The notes under the pieces are model-generated. The model did no database searches. It saw only the letters and a list, made by a program, of their open reading frames with translations, and was not told the origin of the DNA. A stretch of DNA of 64,000 nucleotides from an uncultured Cytophagia bacterium (GTDB lineage: Bacteria; Zhuqueibacterota; Zhuqueibacteria; Oceanimicrobiales; Oceanimicrobiaceae). The number at the start of each line of letters is the position of its first letter. The stretch's first letter is position 1. Shown piece after piece: positions 60,167 to 64,000 of this stretch. The translations under genes and the position numbers were made by a program. The stretch covers positions 526 through 64,525 of the forward strand of contig CAZIKB010000020.1 in assembly GCA_964539665.1 (NCBI GenBank). The letters are read 5' to 3'.

Positions 60167-61270
60167 TTAATTCTCATAAATTAAATGTAATGCAGAAAGT
60201 AAAATTTGATCTTTATCAGGTTGCTCCAGGTCTGAATCCCAGTGTAAGTTTTCAATCCAGGCTGAAACTTGTTTGGCAATTTCTGCGCGGTTAATATCAT
60301 CAGCGACAGACACATTTGAAAGATCAGGTCCTCGATCCTTATAAAAAGTAAATCCCTGAAAGCATTCTTCAATCGTTTTATGCAAAGCCCTTTTGTTTAA
60401 CGTATAACCGTGTGCCTTAACCTGGACTCTAACCCGGGCTATTTCATCCTTCTGTAAATTCCACTGCTTAATTATTTCTGCTATTTTATATTTAATATAC
60501 TTTTCTTCATCCCGAATTGGTAGACTAATGAGTTTTTCGTTGAAGTAAATATAGTCAGAATCAACGGTTTGCGGTTTGATGGCGCCAGTATCTGCGTCCA
60601 TTATTAAAAATCTTCTACGACCGGTCTCAGTAATATCCAGGCCACAAGGAGAACCTGAATAATGAATTCTTGGCCGGTCCAAAGCTTTGTGAATGTGCCC
60701 TAAAACAACAGTAACAGGTTTATAATTATCGATATCAATGCGAGTTAAAGGCATATACACACCTGGTTCAAATGGATTAGGCTCGCTCAGTCCTTCAGCC
60801 CAATCACCATGACCAACTAGTACCCAATCATTTGCGGACAATTCAGCGGTCTTGTCTGCAATAAATTCTCCCATGGTTTTATCTGGCATATATGGTAAAA
60901 AAAAGAATTTTAAACCGCCGGTATTGAACGTTCTAATAGTTGGTGCAGCCACGATTTCAATATTTTCAGCGGTCAGCGCATCAATATTCAGCCGCACATC
61001 ATGATTCCCCGGTAGGATGAGAAAATTAATATCCTTGTGTTTTGGCGCTTGACAAAATTTATCGAACTCAGAATAGTTACGACTTGATACATCAAAGAGA
61101 TCCCCAGCAATAATGAGCTTATTGACACCTGCTGTTAACATCTGTTCAAGAATATTTTCAAGAGCATGATAACGTTCCGGATGTTCTTTTTGCGTTGTTA
61201 AATGAATATCTGCAGTTATGGCTATTTTCAAAATGTACTCCTTCAGGAATGTGTCTTTAAAATAATTCAA
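60167..61270 (-). CDS. calcineurin-like metallophosphoesterase, SbcD/Mre11-like (367 aa)
   Basis: DIH, GDLFD, GNHD, GHGD, GHIH motifs. Directly upstream of the ATPase gene with a 2-bp spacer. Confidence 0.75.
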   Translation of the reverse strand: MNYFKDTFLKEYILKIAITADIHLTTQKEHPERYHALENILEQMLTAGVNKLIIAGDLFDVSSRNYSEFDKFCQAPKHKDINFLILPGNHDVRLNIDALTAENIEIVAAPTIRTFNTGGLKFFFLPYMPDKTMGEFIADKTAELSANDWVLVGHGDWAEGLSEPNPFEPGVYMPLTRIDIDNYKPVTVVLGHIHKALDRPRIHYSGSPCGLDITETGRRRFLIMDADTGAIKPQTVDSDYIYFNEKLISLPIRDEEKYIKYKIAEIIKQWNLQKDEIARVRVQVKAHGYTLNKRALHKTIEECFQGFTFYKDRGPDLSNVSVADDINRAEIAKQVSAWIENLHWDSDLEQPDKDQILLSALHLIYEN

Positions 61271-61402
61271 TTAGGATAAAAATGCAAGCATGTTTTCCAA
61301 TTTCCCTCAGGACAAAACACTATTTTTCTTGATTTCTCATAAATTCTTAACTATGTTAATAAATACTTATAACAATTTCAATCATTAATTTGAGAGGAAA
61401 TT

Positions 61403-61792
61403 ATGCCTTTTGAAAAGCAACTTTCTGTGTTTGTGCAAAATAAAGTCGGAAGTTTAGCAAAACTTTGTTCTGAACTTGCTGAAGCTAATGTCAACATAAA
61501 ATCCTTAACCATTGCAGATGATTTAGATTGGGGGATCGTCAGATTAATTGTTGATAATCCTGACAAGGCCAAAGAAATATTGCATCAATTGAATTTTATG
61601 TACGGTGAAGGCAATGTTTTGACCACAGAAATCAAGAATCATCCAGGAGCTATAGCGGTGTTGGCCAACAAATTAACAAAAATGAAAATTAACATTGAAC
61701 ATATGTTTACCACCACTACTGGCGAAAACTGTCTGCTGGTTCTGACAACTACAGATGATAAAAAGGCCAATACAATTTTAATGCAAGAATAA
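61403..61792 (+). CDS. tandem ACT-domain protein (129 aa)
   Basis: Two ACT-like halves (LSVFVQNKVGSLAKLCSELAEANVNIKSL and NVLTTEIKNHPGAIAVLANKLTKMKINIEHM). Confidence 0.6.
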   Translation: MPFEKQLSVFVQNKVGSLAKLCSELAEANVNIKSLTIADDLDWGIVRLIVDNPDKAKEILHQLNFMYGEGNVLTTEIKNHPGAIAVLANKLTKMKINIEHMFTTTTGENCLLVLTTTDDKKANTILMQE

Positions 61793-61937
61793 AAATGGCA
61801 GATGAGAAATTAAAAGTTCCCCGGCTCTTCGATGATCAGAAGTGGTATTAATTATCTGTAGAAATTTTAGAACAAGTTGAATTGGTATCCCCTCAATAAA
61901 CAATGGGTACTCAGCTTTGCTAAATTTTGAAGGTTTA

Positions 61938-63986
61938 TTAATGCACAAGTAATGCAAACATCTCATCAACAGGCACAGGCCGACTAAAATAAAAACCCTG
62001 CATTTCATCACATTTTAATGATTGTAAACAGGCAAGTTGATTTTCATTTTCGACCCCTTCTGCTAATACTTTCAGTTTAAGTTCATGCGCCAAGTTTACT
62101 ATTGTAGATACTATCGTCCAATCCTGGTCGTGTTCATGAAGCCCTTTCACAAAAGAGCGATCAATTTTTAAACTATCAAACGGGAATCGTTTTAAGTAAT
62201 TCAGGGAAGCATAACCGGTACCAAAATCATCAATTGCTATGTGAATTCCCGAATCCTTCAACATATTGAGCGTTGATATGGTGTAATCGACATTCTGCAT
62301 AGCGTTGCTTTCGGTAATTTCCAGCGTAAGACAATTGTGGTTTAATCCAGTTTCTTCTAATATTTGATTAACACTTTCCTTTAGCTTCATGACGTGAAAT
62401 TGTCGGGCAGAAAGGTTGACGGCGACTCGAATATCGCGAAAGCCAGCATCTTGCCAGGCTTTATTCTGTTTACATGCTGTATTCAGAACCCATTCACCAA
62501 TAGGTACTATTTGCCCGGTTTCTTCTGCCAGTGGAATAAATCTATGAGGGGGTAACAAACCAAGCTCCGGATGCTGCCAGCGAACCAAAGCTTCTACACC
62601 AGTAATTTCATTTGTTTGTAAATTTACTTGTGGTTGGTAATGAAGCACCAGTTCATTGCTTTCAACAGCCTTTCTCAGATCGTTTTCCAGTCCACAACGT
62701 TCAAATACTTCAGTGTCTATCGATGAATTGTAATAGTGATATTGGGTGGCGTCATCAATTTTTGCCCGATACATGGCGATGGCAGCTTTTTTTACAAGAT
62801 TGTCGACATCCAATCCATCATTTGGGTAAAGGCTTATGCCAATGCTTGCTGAAATTTTTAGATGATTTCCATCAATAAAAATGGGTCTGGTGAATTCCTC
62901 GATAATTTTTTGCGCTACTTTTGCAGCATCCTCAAGCTGTACTATCTTTTCCAGCATAATTGTAAATTCATCTCCACCCAGCCGTGCAACTGAATCGTTT
63001 TCGCGTATGCACTCTTTTAGCCGCTTAGCGATTGACCTCAAAAGTGTGTCTCCAGTACTATTCCCCAGGGAATCATTTTCAGGATTAAATCGATCTAAAT
63101 CCACATAGAGAACAGCTACTTTATACTGGTAACGTTTTGCCTGCATAAGAGAGTGACGTAGCCGGTCATAAAATAATTGTCGGTTAGGCAAATCTGTATA
63201 TGCATCGTGATATGCCAAATATCGGTCCAGCTTTCTGGATTTCTCCAATGCAGCCTGCATTCTCCTTCGTTCTGTGACATCCCTCAAAGTGGCCAGGTTA
63301 GCATTTTCACCATCCCACTTGATCTTTGCAACACGAATTTCAGCAACACTTGCATTGCCATCTGCACGAGTTATTTCAATCTCAGAAATTTCCCCTTCCA
63401 CAACCGGGTGACCAAACACTTCACCGAGCAGCTCATGAGAAGTACGCCCGAAAAGCTTTTCCGAAGCGGGATTAACAAATCGTATCTTTCCATGTCTATT
63501 CAAAATAATCATGCCATCTGTATTTCTTTCAATGACACCGCGAAGCTGTAATTCGTTGTCCTTTATTTGTTGTGTTTTGGCCTCTAATTTAATAAGTACT
63601 TTTGAACGTTCAATAGAGTAAAGTATCGATTTTATCAATAGATTCGCTTTTAGATGCTTTTTTACTAAATAATCGTATGCACCATCCTCGATAGATTTCA
63701 TAGCGATGGGAAGGTTATCCTGTTCGGAAATAATTACAATTGGGATTTCCTTAACTTGCGCTTTTAATTTGTAAAATGCTTCAAGCCCACGCGCATCAGG
63801 TAAAGGCAAATCCAATAATATCAGATCAATAGTGTCGCCTGACAGATATTTTTTTGCAGCAGATGGCCGAGCTACTCGTTTCAAATTAAATTGAGCAAGA
63901 TCCGTATGGATTAATGTATTTTTTATTAAACTGAAATCCGCTGGATCATCCTCAATTAACAGTATTTTGATAAGTTGATGATTCAT
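61938..63986 (-). CDS. response-regulator receiver + PAS + GGDEF + EAL protein (c-di-GMP turnover)
   Basis: REC (ILLIEDDPAD...LILLDLPLPDARG), PAS, RLGGDEF, EALVRW, and DDFGTGYASL. Confidence 0.85.
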   Translation of the reverse strand: MNHQLIKILLIEDDPADFSLIKNTLIHTDLAQFNLKRVARPSAAKKYLSGDTIDLILLDLPLPDARGLEAFYKLKAQVKEIPIVIISEQDNLPIAMKSIEDGAYDYLVKKHLKANLLIKSILYSIERSKVLIKLEAKTQQIKDNELQLRGVIERNTDGMIILNRHGKIRFVNPASEKLFGRTSHELLGEVFGHPVVEGEISEIEITRADGNASVAEIRVAKIKWDGENANLATLRDVTERRRMQAALEKSRKLDRYLAYHDAYTDLPNRQLFYDRLRHSLMQAKRYQYKVAVLYVDLDRFNPENDSLGNSTGDTLLRSIAKRLKECIRENDSVARLGGDEFTIMLEKIVQLEDAAKVAQKIIEEFTRPIFIDGNHLKISASIGISLYPNDGLDVDNLVKKAAIAMYRAKIDDATQYHYYNSSIDTEVFERCGLENDLRKAVESNELVLHYQPQVNLQTNEITGVEALVRWQHPELGLLPPHRFIPLAEETGQIVPIGEWVLNTACKQNKAWQDAGFRDIRVAVNLSARQFHVMKLKESVNQILEETGLNHNCLTLEITESNAMQNVDYTISTLNMLKDSGIHIAIDDFGTGYASLNYLKRFPFDSLKIDRSFVKGLHEHDQDWTIVSTIVNLAHELKLKVLAEGVENENQLACLQSLKCDEMQGFYFSRPVPVDEMFALLVH

Positions 63987-64000
63987 ACTTTTCCCGAAAT

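Noticed and set aside
1-64000. tRNA, rRNA, CRISPR arrays, transposase or integrase genes
   Set aside because: By eye there is no GTTCGAATCC-type T-arm with a matching acceptor stem, no rRNA-like conserved blocks, no short regularly spaced repeats, and no DDE or tyrosine-recombinase signatures in any long ORF.

Overview
This 64-kb window appears to be a bacterial chromosomal segment with about 42% GC. Gene content suggests an FCB-group-like or other sediment-type lineage: a SusC/SusD pair, TAnnTTTG-like promoter motifs, and many sigma-54 activators, TPR proteins and c-di-GMP proteins. No rRNA, tRNA, CRISPR or clear transposase genes were seen.

The window is dominated by an expansion of CRTAC1-like secreted proteins, built from Ca-binding FG-GAP/VCBS repeats followed by an ASPIC/UnbV domain. 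There are seven intact copies. Three are tandem ~1240-aa 'double-module' paralogs sitting directly downstream of a SusC/SusD-like outer-membrane pair and a small lipoprotein. A degraded fourth copy lies between paralogs 1 and 2.

Downstream is an ~23-kb co-directional plus-strand block (28.8-52.4 kb), gene order:
- a membrane-anchored multiheme cytochrome c
- a CRTAC1-like protein
- a TPR protein
- a sensor kinase, a sigma-54 NtrC-type response regulator and a CheY-like receiver
- a RidA-like protein and a type I-beta DAHP synthase
- a PD40 beta-propeller protein with C-terminal heme motifs
- another CRTAC1-like protein
- a ~10-heme cytochrome (two tetraheme modules, a YVTN beta-propeller and a CCP/MauG-like di-heme domain)
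- a secreted Reg_prop beta-propeller
- two orphan Peripla_BP_6 solute-binding proteins
- a translationally coupled pair: an asparagine-synthase-like PP-loop enzyme lacking the Cys2 glutaminase nucleophile, plus a radical-SAM enzyme

Together these look like an undescribed extracytoplasmic redox and binding system built around CRTAC1-like proteins.

Other content:
- a STAND-ATPase/TPR/FHA module
- an HD-GYP gene flanked by a duplicated 3' gene end
- remnants of a decayed peptide ABC transporter
- an SbcCD-like pair whose SMC-like ATPase carries a transmembrane hairpin where a zinc hook would normally be
- an ACT-domain protein
- a REC-PAS-GGDEF-EAL regulator
- several REP/MITE-like hairpin elements sharing GTCATTC...GAGCG motifs
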